Shown piece by piece: positions 40,230-55,000 of a stretch of 64,000 nucleotides of DNA. Source of the DNA: Dicyema japonicum (lineage: Eukaryota > Animalia > Dicyemida); contig RDEW01000013.1 of assembly GCA_011109175.1 (NCBI GenBank), forward strand, positions 659,221 through 723,220, given 5' to 3'. The position numbers and the translations under genes are program-made. How positions within the stretch are numbered: the stretch's first letter is position 1; every line of letters starts with the position of its first letter. Below the pieces are notes generated by a model. That model saw nothing but the letters and a program-made list of their open reading frames with translations. It was not told the origin of the DNA and made no database searches.

Positions 40230-40599
40230 ATTATATTTTTATGTCTCTTCTATATTTTACGCTACATTTTTGTCACACAAATTGATATTCAATGTACCGA
40301 TTTAAAAAGCCAATCAAACAAAACGGCACCCTTTACTTTGACAACTTTATTAGCAATGAAAATTAAAGGAGTTATTTGGCCTCATGCCGCAAGTCCTGCA
40401 AACGCTTGGACTCTTCTCTGCGCTCTCAGACCCCTCTTATCGTTTATTCTGTGCTGCAACATTCGAGTCAATGATGGCATCTCTTTTTAGCAAGTTTTCC
40501 ATTTTTTTCTGCTCATCTCTTATCGACACTACTAGCAAATTTTCATCTTCTCGTCGAGCTTTTTGTAGGGCAATCTTGATCCCTGCTCTCCTCGATTTT

Positions 40600-41900
40600 T
40601 CAAAAAGCAAGATAAAACGCTCTTTGTATGCAGTGTAATACCATCCTTACAGTCCACAAAGGAATGATGGAATGATCGTACATTAAAAAATAAATAAAAA
40701 CATATCCGTTTCGAGTCTCAATTTCCTCATACACAATAACGCATGGTGGGCTTTCTTCCTTTTGAGTTTAAAATCGCACAATGTTCTCCCAGATTTCTCA
40801 AAAGCTGTTCCGAAATACTTCAGGGAGCTCACAATGTTGATTCCGCATATGGAGTCTTTCTGATTTACTTTACCATTCCAACCGAGGAACATCATTGCAC
40901 TAGATTTTTCTTCTGACAGTTTTAACCCATGAAGACCACACCAGTCTTTTATCTCTTCCATGTACACATTGAGTCTCCTCTCTGAGATCATGTTTGATCT
41001 CGACACATTAGACAGTAGTACGTCGTCTGCGTATATCAGAGATCTCGTACTCGGTGTAGACGGAGACGGGAAACTGGCCATTAGAACATTAAACAATAGA
41101 GGGCTCAAAATTGATCCTTGTGGGACTCCTCTCTTCCATAATATCATATTTGAAAAATAGCGTCCACATCTAACATAGGATTTTCTTCCTTTAAGGTACA
41201 CTTTCACCCAATTCACTAGTTCCTTTGTCTGAGATAACTGATCGATTATTGCTCTGTGGTTAACACTGTCAAATGCTTTTGATATGTCGAGACACATGAC
41301 ATTCAGGAGACATTTGAATTCTCTGACATTGCATAACTCGGAGTTAAGATGAAATAAGCAATCATCGCATGACCGTCTTGGGCGAAAACCAAATTGATCA
41401 TTTCTGAACTAATCTTCTTTTTCCAGCTGAGTTGTAAGCCTCCAGAAGTTTTTTTTCATGACTTTTGAGATCGACCTAATCAGGCTGATCTGACGGTAGC
41501 TATCAGGATCATTTTTCGGTCTTCCTGTCTTTGCAACCATCCGTACAATGGTCTTCTTCCATTCCTGCGGAACATGGCTAATTTTTATGCATGCGTTGAA
41601 CATATCTTTTACGATTATTATATCAGCTTCCTCGGTATTCGCCAGGGAAGCTAGCTCGTGATGCCTCCTCAAGATTGATCAGACATTCACGAGCATGATC
41701 CTTATGTTTTGGTTCACTGGTCTTGGCGGCCTGATCTCTTCAGGATCAGAACCACCACTTACAGTAAATCCAAGTTTTACTTTATCACACTCTTCATTTA
41801 GACGGTTAATCACATATTTAAGTTTTCTCAATTGTCTTTCAGGTGCCCCCGGAATAGATTCCCAGTAAGACCTTTTTAGCTTCTCTCCAGGTATTCTTTA
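40600..41900 (-). mobile_element. APE-RT LINE (jockey/CR1-like RT) remnant
   Basis: SYRQISL, LDISKAFDSV, GVPQGSILSP and YADD. Confidence 0.85.
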
Positions 41901-43199
41901 TCCACAATTGGCTTTTTCTGTGTTGGATTCATAACATCGTATTTTAGAGGTCGATTTTTGATTATGCGTCCTGCTTGTTTTCACTAGACTTCGTATCTAG
42001 GTAATGTGGCGGAGGAGGATTTTCTCCTTTCCTCCATGTTCCTAACCCATGACATTCGCTTCCACTTTTTATGGAGACCACGGCTTCCCTGGCAACTGGA
42101 CAACCACCATAACTCGTTCCGTGATCACCAGACCCGCAATTAATACAGGATCTTCTATTGTTTGGTTCTGGGCATTCCGGGGAACTATGTGGTCCTCCAC
42201 ATAAGAATCATCTCTTTGCCCCATTGCAATGTCTTGCAATGTGTCCGAAATATTGACAATTAAAGCATCTTGGGGGTGGTCTTCTGGCCCACTAACAACC
42301 GATTTCCATCCATCCAATGACGAGGCCCAGGCGTAACAGAAAAACGTTACTAAATGACTTTTTCTGATGATTTTCGGACGCATTAAATAACATGCTATTT
42401 TCTTCCCAAAGAAACTTCGTGAAGGTCCTCCTTGGACATTGCAGAAGATCTTACAACGCGGCATTGGAGCATCTCTACAACCAGTATATCGAGCCGACTA
42501 TGAGCTTGTCAATGCGGCCCTCAAAGGGAAATGAGTTCGACACCCCTGACTTAATGGATACTTTTTCTCTTAGATTTTTGCTATTTCAATTCAAATTGTG
42601 TATTACAGCTGTGTCTCGTCAAATTGTTAGTTTTCTTACGTTCTGTTCGTTGTATAACTCTAATATATATCCCTAAGTTTTCCTAACTCTAATGCAAAGC
42701 TGAAAGCTTAAGAACTCCTAACTCTATGATATTATAAATGATCTCAACGTTATTGTGATCAGATTTAAAATAAAAATAACTGTTTTTATTAGAAAAAAAT
42801 AAGAAATTTATATTGTAAAATTATTCTAGCTTCGCTATTTTCTTGAATAACACTACCATCTTCTCCATGCATATACTCCTTAACATGATATGTGAATGTA
42901 TCATGTGTTCGTTTAAGCCACTTTTTCGTGTTTTTTATTATTATCAAGATAGAACCTTCTAACAACTCGATCATCTATGTTAAAAATAGAAATATCATTC
43001 TTACACATTCTTTTTGTTAACATTTTTCTTTCAGCATGTTTGAATTTAAAATTGTATTTGTTCTCGAAGTTTCACTTGATGACCAAAACCATGCAAGATA
43101 TTCAGTTGCTTCAGTTTGTGTTTCTTCATTCCATAAATCAATTTGTTGAATATTTCATTTCCTCTTCTGAGATGATATTATTATGGTTTCATTGGCAGA

Positions 43200-44100
43200 A
43201 GCTCCGAACATCAATTTAAAAGGAGCGTGCAAAGTTGTTGAATGCTGGACAGAATTATGGGAACTTGTAATTTCTTCGATTATGTTATCCATTTGAAATT
43301 CAAATTCTTTGAAAAGCAGGTTGAAAAATCATAAATTTCAATGTCTGACTAAGACGCTCGACTTGTCCCTGCACCCAAGGACGTTCCCTGACGTGCTTTA
43401 TACCAATGTTGAGCATAGCTAGAACATTTTTTCATTTACAAATTCCTTGCCATTGTGCGTGTGCAAAATGTTGGTTTTCCAAACATTAAAATTATGCTCT
43501 TTATTGCACTTGACACATCCGTAGCCGATTTACTCTTTAGAGGTCTTGTCCAGCAAAATTTGGAAAAGGAAATCCAACCAAAAGCCAGTAAAAATTTTCA
43601 TTAAAATTTGAATAGTGTCGTAGATCAACTAAATCAAAAATATACCTGAAATTAGAATATTTAACTAGTACCTTTCTCTCATTGTATATGCTCTGATAGG
43701 TGTTATAGTTGGTCGAGTGTTCATAGGCCGTCTTGCAAGACATTGTGAACAAGACCTGAGAACAACCATAACTTCATCTCTGCAAAATCCATAGACTAGA
43801 TTCTTTAGAAGAGAAAGAAGTCTATCACGACCAGGATGTCCATTTTTGAGGTGAACATTTTCAATAAATATCCTCTTCTGTTCATCTTCTTCCACAGCGA
43901 ACACATGCAATAAAATTCCACTTGTTTTGAAAAAAATAGTTGAGCCGGCAATGAGTCTTTTAGTCTGAATAATGACGCAGTTCTTATGAAATTTCGTTTC
44001 TCCTTCAGCAAACTGGATGGTAAAATTTGATATCTCAGATAGGTTATTATTTCTTGCTTTTGTAGCAGAGTAAAATAAACAACCTTCATAACAAAAACAA
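43200..44100 (-). mobile_element. Ginger2/KRBA2-like DDE integrase remnant
   Basis: H-x3-GHPGRD..C-x2-C zinc motif, DLVDL, HTHNGKEF and QGQVERL. Confidence 0.75.
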
Positions 44101-44259
44101 GCGTGAGCAAAAATCTATTACTATTCTATTTGATGTAAGCCGTTAAGAAAATGATAATTTGTGAGAAATTTAAATTATTAAAATTACTAATCAAGATATG
44201 AATTAATTTATTTATTGATTTATTTTTAATTAAAAAAATTATTGATTTCTAACGTCTTT

Positions 44260-46500
44260 AACGGCTCGTATTCAACCGGTCACATTTATTAACCCAGGGA
44301 TCACAAAGAAAGAATGACAAAGGAAATGTCCGGGAGCACCGTGATCCCAGTTTCCGTAACCAAACGTGCCATTTAAAGTCTGTGCGTCTACATTGTTCCC
44401 ACTGCCGAACGGAAATGCCTACTTTGATCCTTGTAGAGAAAACCAATTGGGGACGGGAATTTCTTTGCCAACCGATCTTCCTCGCAAATGCGAAGAAATC
44501 CGGAACTACATCTACGAGTTGTAGATTCCGTCAGCAGGGGAGGTATTTTGTTCCACATTGTGGTCCCAGCATACGTATTGTTTTTCTTTGCAGTATGTTT
44601 AGTTTTTGGATAATGGCCTCTGATAACGCAGCAGAGGCATATTCCTCGGCTGGTGCGATTGTCTGACGGAGATTTAGTTCCGATTGCTTCATTTATATTC
44701 ACTGAAGTCTTCTGGATAAGAGCCCATGTGACATTCATTTCCTGCAGTCCTTTGGTGAGGACATTTTGGCATGGTAGGTAAAATTTTCAGCCTGTCGTAA
44801 GGCACTCCCAGGATTGAGAGGTTTCTTGTGACAGGTATCCGAGTATATCCGATGAAGATTGCTGGTCCTTCTTTGGACCACGGTCGGAGGTGAATAGAGT
44901 GCATGTTGATTTTGGAGCCGATACCGAGAGACGGTTAACTATCAACCAATCATGGACACAATCGACTTTATTCTGTGCGACTGAGACTGCTTCTGATGTC
45001 CTTGTTAATGTCTGCTGGCAGGTCGTGAAGGGAAAGGTTGAATAGAGTAGGGGACAAAGGCGAACCTTGGGGCACTCCGTTTAGTAGTAAACGTGATCTG
45101 AGGTGGCCACATATGACCCTCCCACGTCTTCCAGATAAAAAATTGGCCAACCTTAGCTTCAAGTTAGGGCGAATTTTTTAATCAAAGATTTTTCCAAATA
45201 AATGTTTCCTCGTACCGAGTTGATGTCGATCGAGACCATTGTCGTCCCCATGTGTCATGGGTAGTGTTGAAACATCCGCAATGTACTGAGAAAGCGATGA
45301 TAAGAAAGTCGTGGTTGATCTTCCAGAACGGAATCCGTGTTGGAAATTGGGTTGAGTTAAAAAAAGAGTAATTTCAGATAGGACCAACTTTTCCAACACT
45401 TTTGATATAGTGGAGGTCAATGAGATTGGTCTGTTTGACTGGGATCTCTTTTGGTTTTCCGGCCTTATGAATGGGAGTGATTAGCGAATTCTTCCATATT
45501 TTAGGGATAATGTGCCATTAACGGACAGATTAAAAATTTCCGTTAGGTAGGAGATTGCGTAGTTACTCAAGTGTTTCAGATGGATTGAAGACACCTTGTC
45601 TGGGTCACATGCTCGTGAGCTTTTTTGTTTTTTGAGAGCTTCTAAAACCTTTTTTCCTGAGAATAAATCCTGGTATTCATTTCCATAGATGGCCTTCCTG
45701 CCCCGTGAGCGTCCTCCAGCTCGATATTGATTTGCTTTAGAATTCTCCAGAATTGGATAGGGTTATGGTCACTGGAAAAAACCATAACTCACATTCGACT
45801 AAGCGAGTCTTGCCAATGAAGGAGAGTATAACGTCAAATCTAAGGATGTACAACCATCTGTGGTCCTAAGTGAAGTCTTCCTATGCACGTTTAGGACGAT
45901 CATGTCCTTAAGGCCATTTGCAAAGAATTCACCTCGGTTGTCGGCAGACTGTGAAGTTAGCCACAAGGGATGACGAGTGTTGAGATTGCCACATATTAGT
46001 AAATTCTTCAGTCCGGAAAGGCGGAATTGGACAGGACCCCTGTGGGGGATGTATACATTGTCCAAGGTAATCCAGAAAGAAGGGAATAGCTGGAACTTGA
46101 CGGTGATCTGCTTCAAAGTACAACCTGACTCCAAAATGTTTGAAAATTGTGGGCTTGTGTCAGTAAAGGCAATGTTGTTCCGCACAATAGTGAGTAGGTC
46201 TCCACCGCAACCTTTCTCCCGATCCATACGGTATACCGTTCTTTATGATTGTGAGTAGTCCTCCACCTGGTCTACCCTTACGGATTACTATGTATCCCAG
46301 GAAAGAGAGTGTTGGCGTGGAAGATGAGAGCAAGGTCAGCTTGAGTTGTGGAGAAGAGAGCACGAAGTTCCAGGATCTTCCTTTTGATTCCATTTGTATT
46401 TAGTTGTAGAATTATAAGTCTCCGCGTGGACCAGGGTTTTTTCCACTGTCGCCACAACACAAGACGGAGTCGGAGGCATATAGCTAGCGAGAACCCCAAA
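44260..46500 (-). mobile_element. Near-complete decayed single-ORF APE-RT LINE with relic 2A-like motif
   Basis: ILQLNTNGI, GGGLL, GNLN.RH..W, QHGFRSGRSTT and NGVPQGSPLSP; CGD..KNPGP lies just upstream. Confidence 0.85.
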
Positions 46501-46777
46501 GAGGTGGGGGGAAGTTATTGGCTCTTTTGTTCATCACCGGACTGGGTGTCACCCTATCGGGTGATCTACAAGACACCACATTAACCATGTGCTTAAAACT
46601 TAATCGATACCTACTTTCCCAAGTGCACTTGTTTTTTTATGATTTTAAAGATATTTTTCAATAAATATAAAATCGCATTTATTTTAAAAATTAAATTTAA
46701 TATTTTAATTTTTTAAATTTAATAAAAGTTATTTTGTACAATAATTGTTTTTATTTGTTGTTCGGATTCTCTGCTAT

Positions 46778-47478
46778 ATGGACATTTCACAAGATGTTAA
46801 TTTACGGCCCCAGAGACCTATCAATGTTCAATCTGGCGGGTATATGTGGGATTTCTTCACCCCGCCGATATCTTCTTCCGATTATTACAGATACAACTGC
46901 CCTATATGGTTGGTTTCTTATTAAAGCTCAAACTTTCTATAAAATTTACTATGTATAGTTATGTTTAGTTATCTTGTTCTCCGCGATCCCGTCAAATGCC
47001 AGAACAACCACGTGTGTTGCAAAAGCTGTATTCACAACTGGCTGGTCTCAACAAATCCTTTATGTCTGGGATGTCCCATGTGCAAAGTAAACGGATACTT
47101 CGAATCTGACTCGAAGATCAAAGCGGAACTTGACGGCCTCTATGTTAGCTGCCTTGACCACCGATGTGGATGGACTGGAATGTTATCAGATTACTACATG
47201 CACATGCATATGGGAGATGCTCTTCTAGAACGCCACGTGCCGGACTTGAAAGAGACTTTTGACACAATTCTCATCAGCAGGTCTGGATACGGACATTCCG
47301 AACATATTGAGCTCACAGAATTAATCATGAGATCAATGCGCATGTTGCATGAAGAAGGAAGACGTCAATCTGATAGAATAGAGACGCGTAGAATCAGGTA
47401 CCCCTCATACATCTCAGTATTGTATCGTCAGTCTCCGGGGAGAGATTGAGATTTATCATACAAAATATGAAGAATTAA
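46778..47478 (+). CDS. RING-finger protein (TRAF/RNF41-like N-terminus), probable E3 ligase
   Basis: Exon 1 (46778-46908) MDISQD..GGYMWDFF.PP..YNCPIC, intron 46909-46968, then VLRDPVKC..HVCCKSC..CPMC..C..CGWTG..H. Ends at 47449, or at 47478 if a 20-nt intron at 47398-47417 is spliced. Confidence 0.8.
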
Positions 47479-48541
47479 TTAGTTTTTTCATAATACTTTA
47501 GTGAATATCATTTTTATCTTTTTATGGTGGTAATTCTCAGATCAGTGTTGTGTGACTTCTCCAGTGAGTGGTCTATGTTGTAGTGTGATATCATCTCAGG
47601 ATGGGAGTGAAGACTCAAAGAGCACTGAGGGCTTGGGGAAGAGCTTGACGAGTAATGGAATATGGGTTTAGGCGGTTCTGGTTGGTAGCTAATCAGTCGG
47701 AAAAGTGACCTAACTCTGGTGGACTATGTCTACGCTCAATGTCTTCATTATTTAAAGGTGGATATAAATTCTATTCCTCTATCTTAATGGACTCACGTGT
47801 TATTGGAAACTTGAATTTTTGAAAGAATGAAGTAGCAGATGCAGCATGTGAGGGATCGATTCCCTAGTCTCGCATTGATTAGTCTCGCATTGATGTCAGG
47901 CACTGATACGTGGTCTTTAGGAATAAAATTAGAAAATATCGATATACCCACTGAATCCATGAAAGACTCCAGAATCCAACTCGGTGTATTCGACAGACTA
48001 AGTTATTCATGTTAATAGACAATGTTTGTTCATTTTTAAAATTATTGCACTGGGGAGGTTCCCACATCTGCAGGGAATGGTTGTCTACTACCTTTTATGT
48101 TGGTTCTGGATGGTGTTTGAATTCTCAGTGAAATGACGACTTTCCAAAAAGCTTCTCCAATTCAAATAGTGTTAAAAACTAAAATGGAGGTTTTATTTTA
48201 AATCGGGGGATACACTCAACAACTTGGTCTGGATTTTTCTAACGAAGCGATCTCACTTGTCAGAACATGCAACCATCTTTATTACAGTTGCTTTTTTGTT
48301 GAATGAATTTTTCATTTAATGAATATTGTTAATAAATTTTTGAAAAAATGAATATTTTATGAATCCAAATTTTAATTTTTAATGATTTTCCTTCTAAAAT
48401 TGAAATTTTAATGAATTTTTATTTTTTCAATCAGACACGTTTATTTAACAATTAATGAATCTTGCTGTTATCTAATTTGATTAAAAAATTACAATGAATC
48501 TTAATTTGATTAAAAATTGCAAGAATTCAGCCGTCATTGGA

Positions 48542-48845
48542 CTAACGGCTCCCGATGATTCGGTCGCAACAGGAGTAAATCGGTAGCGATCCCCCGAGGC
48601 AAGAATATTTCTTGATTTTTAGGTTATCTGCGGTCGAAGCAGCTGCTCCAGGTGTCTGAACAGATTTAAAAATGTTCGTGTTTGAGAACGTGTCTATGCA
48701 AGTTGCGTCCCAGACCAAAGATCTTCCAGACGTGAATAGGAAAAGGGTCATCCCGTCAGGTCTCTTCCCATCTCCTCGATCAAGACCCACTGGTTCAAGC
48801 TGTGCTGGGAAGCCTGAAGCCTTCAGAGCTCTGACGATCACATCA
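48542..48845 (-). mobile_element. CRE-like RLE fragment
   Basis: LEPVGLDRGDGKRPDGMT..LVWDATC motif. Confidence 0.85.
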
Positions 48846-49825
48846 TTAAAATAAATATTAATTTATAGTTAGTAATGTTAAGAAAATAAAGAAAACATAC
48901 TCTTTCAAACAAAAAAGGAAGTTATCGAGTACTTAATATTTAAATATCCTCTATGAAGCAATTGGATCGACGATATTTATGAAAATTATTATTAGACTTT
49001 GTTGAAGATAAATACCGAGGATGTTTTGTTTATTCCGCTCACATCTTAAACGTCCGATTCCCTTGCGCCTACGACGCTGGAATTCCTGGGTCCTCTAGGG
49101 AATCGGATTTCTACACAGGAGATCTCTGTGAGCCCTGCTGGTTATTTGAGCGTATCTCGTTCGCTCTCTTGAGAGGGAATAACATTGTTTGACACAAATA
49201 TAAAGAAGGATACTTTTTTAAACCAAGATCACTGTTAAACCAGAACTAAGTGATCCTGACGGGACTCAGTAGTCCCCTCAACTAATTGCACTGCTCCCGC
49301 CTCGAGTTCACACAAACCCCATACTGGGCGGAGAACTGACCGATCCTGATAGAAGGACCCAATTCCGTTCATTTTAATGAACTGTCTTTCACTGTGGGTG
49401 GTAGGGGATTAATCATCGATTTGCCTCCATTCTTAAATAATCTCAATTTATTTAAGTTTTCTTCTTAAAATAATTTAGCTATTAAGTCTTGAAAATCTTC
49501 AAATTAACATTTTGGCGGATTATAGCAGAGTACCAGTGGGAGTCCCAATTCTCTCAGCTGCACGCTTGATGGTCTTCTGTATGTTAATGATGTCGGACTA
49601 ACTGGAGATAGTAAATCGCTCAGAAGGTTGAGGTGTTGACGTACCTCAATTCCACAAAATGCCTAAGAAGTGATGGACTTATGGTTCAGTACTAAGAAAT
49701 GATGGACCTTGGACATAGGAGCAGGGTTCCCTCGTGAATTGGTGGATGATGAATAATCAAGATTATAAGGGTCCTTCAATTAAGAAAATCCTAATTAATC
49801 CGTCTAAGCTTATTAAAGACAAAAA

Positions 49826-50988
49826 TCAATTATTACTAATTATTATTTTGTAGTTTTCATAGAGGGCACTCACCAGATCAGTTACGATCAGGTCGCTCAC
49901 GTTCTTTGAGATAAGCCTCAGAGTGAATATTCCATCAGACTGTAGGTAGTCATTGATGAAGTCATCCAGTAATTTACTCTCATCGGTCATTTGTGGTAAG
50001 TCTTGGAAGTAGAAATTATTCATTAGCTCGTATCTTATATTCTTGGTAATATAAGAGCGTATCTCGTAGAAGGAGAGAGTCTGGAACATCCAACGAAAGG
50101 TGTTCCATATATTAAGGACTATCACAGTGCACAGCCAAAACCAGTAGAATGCAAAGATGGCTTCCAAATATAGGTTGATTCCCAGGACACACTGCACGGT
50201 GTACCTCGTGCCTCCCACTTGATGCCCAATTTCCCTAATGTTGAAGTCGCAGAGTGCCTCCAATGGGAAGAATTTTGAGGATGTTCTTATTCCCATGAAA
50301 AAGTTTTTGGCCAAAATCCAGCCATACATACTAACTCTCCCATTTGACAGAAGAACGTCAATAAGTAAGAACTGGGAGATTGCGTTGGCGGTATACATGA
50401 TTTTTGTGACTAAATAAAGGAGAGTGAGGTTCACAGTCTTGATATTCGACTTTCTCCAGCGTCCCTTCATTTCAAAATATCTGTTGAAATGAACAGTGAG
50501 GAGTTTAATTTGCTCATCCTTTGTGTCAGCATCTTGAGCCTCCTGATATTTGTCACCAATTTCTATAATATTCTGCAAGTTAAGGCCAGAACTTTCATTT
50601 CTGGATCGCCAAAAGAGACATGGGAAGCGAAATAGCAGAGCTAATCCAAACAGAATGAATGGAGACCATTGGTAGTACCGTAGTTGAGGCTTGTTTATGT
50701 AGTTGTTGGTCTCGGGGACCGTTTTGTTCATGGGAATATAGTATTTATTTTCTACCCAGCATATTGCCTGTATGTATTTGACGAACCCATCTATTTGTAA
50801 GTCGTAATATAACCTTTGAATTGTGGTGGAGTCCAGCATATCATTGGTTTTCCAACGTACTGCTCAGTGGAGACCACAATGGCAAACAACACTAATATAA
50901 CGCTCGTGTATGTGTGGTTCAATCGGTCATTCAAGTCATCATCCCTCCTTAGTTCCGCAGTACCCTTCACAATATTCACCAAGTCCAT
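49826..50988 (-). CDS. Innexin (invertebrate gap-junction protein)
   Basis: DDLNDRLN, QYVGKPMICWTP, YYQW.PF, FP..LCDF, QCVLGIN and DGIF.LR; one 23-nt intron at 50791-50813. Confidence 0.95.
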
Positions 50989-51389
50989 TTCAATTCAATC
51001 CGGCTTATCTGTAATATATACGCAACGACGAATAACGTAATCGACAATTCACGCAACTCCCAAAGCAGTTCCCTTTGTCTCCCCATTGAATATTGATATT
51101 AAAATATTATTGTATTTTCTGCCCACCAACCAATGTTTGATATAATCTCACTCCAAAATTGGGGGTTATCTTGGCTTAATACGCTTTTCGATTTGTCTGA
51201 TGTGATTAAAACGTGTTTTCGATAGCTTTTATCTTATTGAGTGCTTTTCTAGTAAATTCGTTTGGTGGGAATTAATCATCGGATTATGTTAAGAGATAAT
51301 TTTAAAAACTTTATAACTTACTAATTGATGAGAATTTTTTTCTTCGCGACTGCATTGTCAGTCAAGGTCTATTTAACAGCTTCTTACTA

Positions 51390-51885
51390 TTGATGTTCCC
51401 CAAGGATCCCCTTTGTCTCCAGTTACTCAACCTAATCATGGCGGGCCTCCCCACGCCGGACGCCGAAAATGATATTATTCTAACTTATGTCGACGACATC
51501 GAAATTGCGTCACGCGATCCAGATCACCACTTCGAGATTGCAGCAAAAGCAAACAATAAAGCTATTCCTTTCAGAAAATCTCAAAGGATCCTTGGGGTGA
51601 TTTTTGACATGCACATGTCATTTTCGCCCAATGTTGAAAACATAATAACAGAATGCGAAAAGAAGACCAATGTTCTGAATTGCCTCACAGGCTTCTGGAA
51701 GAACGGAAATCATACTGTCTTGAGCACTATATATAAGCAATACATGAACCATGCGTCTCTTATGCATGTGGTATATGGGGCCCTCTAATCTCTTGGTCTT
51801 GAAGATCGAGGCTAGCCGAAAAAGAGCCTCAAAATCACGGAACGCTGGATTTCTGGAGAGTTCCAGGCACCACTACCTCTTGAAG
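51390..51885 (+). mobile_element. APE-RT LINE RT fragment
   Basis: TYVDD, ILGVIFD and LSTIYKQY. Confidence 0.75.
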
Positions 51886-52099
51886 TTTTGCTCAAAATTA
51901 AACATCCCACAGCCGATGATTAAACAAAGTTCTCGATATGTGAATTGCAAGTTCACAAATAGAAATCATTTAAAAGATTTGTCGATTGATGTGCCAATAA
52001 GAGCTTATATTCATTCGGTGGTTTTAAAAAAATATTAAAAGTGAGGCAAGACACCAATTGAGGAAATCCTTTACGCGTCGAGGAGACTCGAAGAGCGGA

Positions 52100-55000
52100 C
52101 AACTCATTACATTGGCGAAGCGGCGGATCCACATTCCGAAAAGAAAGTGGAAGTGGATATTTTCTTTAACTAATTGATCTCAGCCTCCAACAACATCCGA
52201 ACTTTCTTCGTCTGGTCTTCTGATGACCCAACCGCATTCCGGAAGCGCCTTCTCTTTTTCTGCATAGGAATTCAATCGGCGTGCACTTTTATAATCGACC
52301 GAAATTCCTCTGCATGGGTCACCTTTTCCTTGAATTGGTTTCCCAGTTCCTTGCAAAAATGTAAAAGCCCTGGCCATCTTCAACGTCGCTCATCAGAAAC
52401 GAGGCCGCCAATGGAAATGTCAGTGTGGTGCAGAGGGTTCAAACGATCAATTCTCGAAGAGGGAATGGCAAATCTCTAGGCGGAGCAGGCATATTCAATA
52501 ATAGGAACAATGACTTGTTGTAGAACAGTGTCCTGGTAAAGGGGAGCCATGCGGACCCCATTGGTAGTAGGTAGGTCATGTAGAAATAGGTTGAAAAGAG
52601 AGGAGATAAAGGGGAGCCTTGCGGGACCCCATTAGGGAGTAGTCTTGATTTTGAAGTGATTTTGTTAATCCGGACCCTTCCGCGTTGCCCAGTTAAAAAA
52701 TTTTCTGCAGCCATAGTTTGATGTTCGGATGTAAGTTGGAATTAAAAATCTTATGCGCTAGGAGTTTCCTCGGAACAGAATCAAAGGCCTTTTGTATATC
52801 GATGGATACTAAGGCCGTCCGTAAGTGTGTTCTCATGTTGAAGCCGTCAGTAATAAACTGGGAGATAGAACCCAAATGAGTCGTTGTAGAACTGTCTGCC
52901 CTGAAACCATGTTGAAATTCTGGTAGATTTAGAACAGGGAGATACGCATTAATAACAAGCTTTTCCAGCATTTTTGATAAAACACAAGTTATTGAGACGG
53001 GGCTGTAAGAAGAGGGAACGTCTTTGGTTTACCAAGGCTATAGAATTGGCGTAATCAAGGAGTTCTTCCATATACAGTAAACTCTCCCAAATTTGCCATT
53101 TTTGGTTCCAGCAATTTTGCAGCAAATTTGGGAATTGGCAAATTTCAGAATTTAATAAATAAATTTAAAATAGTTATTATGAAACTTATCATCGATGAAA
53201 ATAACTAAATTTTATTTTATTAAGAAAAAAAATATTAAAAAATGAAGTATTAAATTTTATCGAAATAAAATTTTCTAATATTTGCATTAAATATTCTAAT
53301 AGATGAATAAGGACCACATCCTCTTCGTTTTCAACGTTCTCAAAAAGATCCTTTTCAATTTCTCTCAACTTTGATGCTATTTCATTCTTGTTAGTGGTTT
53401 CACTTCAGTAGTTATTCATGGATGAATGTCTCATTATCATCAATTAATGATGTTATTTCTTTTTCATTTATTGCACTTTTCAGAATAATTTATAGACATA
53501 AATTCTTAGATTAGATTTCAATCGGATCGTGAATATCCGTATTAGATAATATTTCTTATGTTCACATTTACTAAAGGTGTGCTAATACCTTTTTTAATTT
53601 GAAAACAATTTTTGATTGTTTTAGAAGATACTTTAAGGTTCAAATTTTTATAAAATTTTTATATGAACTGACATGTTTTCTTTTTCAATAATCCAGTAAA
53701 ATAGTCCAATTTGTGTCTATTAAAGTGGACTCAGAATGATTTAATAATTCCCAAATCAATTGGCTGAATTATTTCTGTAGCATTTTTATGAAAGCACATT
53801 ATTTTCTGCCCTACTGGATATTAATGCACGTTTGACAATGCACCTTAAAATTTAAAAACATTAAAAATACCTTTTGATTCCATCGAATCCTTCCACTCAA
53901 CAACCGTTTCATCGAGTTGTGGGAATTTTAACTTGTTTTTGCTGAGGAATTTGTAGTTTTAAATTGTTCCAAAATACTCTATCTTTGAAGTTCTTGTATT
54001 TTCCGAACGGGTTCTTGCAGATACTTCTGGATAGAACAAGCTTGTAAAAAATCCAAGTTTCATCCAGGTTATAAATCTGATCGCAGGTATATAACTTTGA
54101 AACTTTTTGAAATTCTTTGAGAAACCCTTCATATCGACACTTTTCTCAGTGCACATTTGCCCATGTAATTTCCTCATCCGAAATCCATGAGTTTTTGAAA
54201 TAGTCGAGAGAAAGTTGCTTTTTCAACATCATCTGGAGTGAAGAAGGTGGAATATGGTTCCTGTTCCAGTCCGAGCCGTTCAACATGTGTAGAGTGAGAA
54301 AAATCTTTATGGCTGATCGATACGTAGTACTTCATAATCTTGTTCGCAAGTTTGCGAGCGGGTAACGACCTCATTTCTGCAGTCCTCTTCATTGATAAGG
54401 CTATTGATCCTTCTTAGCATTTTCCAAAATGTGGCACAAGAGTTTTGTGACACAGTCGTCCAACTAGACGGATCCGGACTGCGTCCTGTTTCTCTTCAGC
54501 GCATCTCGTTTCTTGATGGGTGACACAATTGGCGATTAGAATCTTGGATTGAACTTCTTGTAAGAGGCGGCAGGTATAAATAATTTATTAGCTTTCAAAA
54601 TGATAGCAGACAGAATCTTGGCCGTCTTCTCTATTGTACAATTAACCATAGTAAGGTCAAGCAGACTATTGTCCACGCCCTGAAACCTTGCCAGTCAGCT
54701 TTCAAATAATTTTTGAACTTTTGTAGAACAACACAGTGAGCAAACACGCCTTCTAAGTCTCAACACAATGAGGTTGTGGTCGCTTGAGAAACCATAACAA
54801 ACATTCCATGAAATACATTCCAGATAAAGAAGGAAAGCAGAGAGACAGGTCCGGGGATGTTGGACTGTCCCTTCTGCGGTCGGGTCCTTGTGTGAGCGTC
54901 CGGGTCATTGAGGATAGTCAAATCATTAAGTAAGGATGTACTCGCGACTGTCGGCTGATTGTGTCCGGAGCCAGAGTGATGTTTTTGCATTTAGGTCGCC

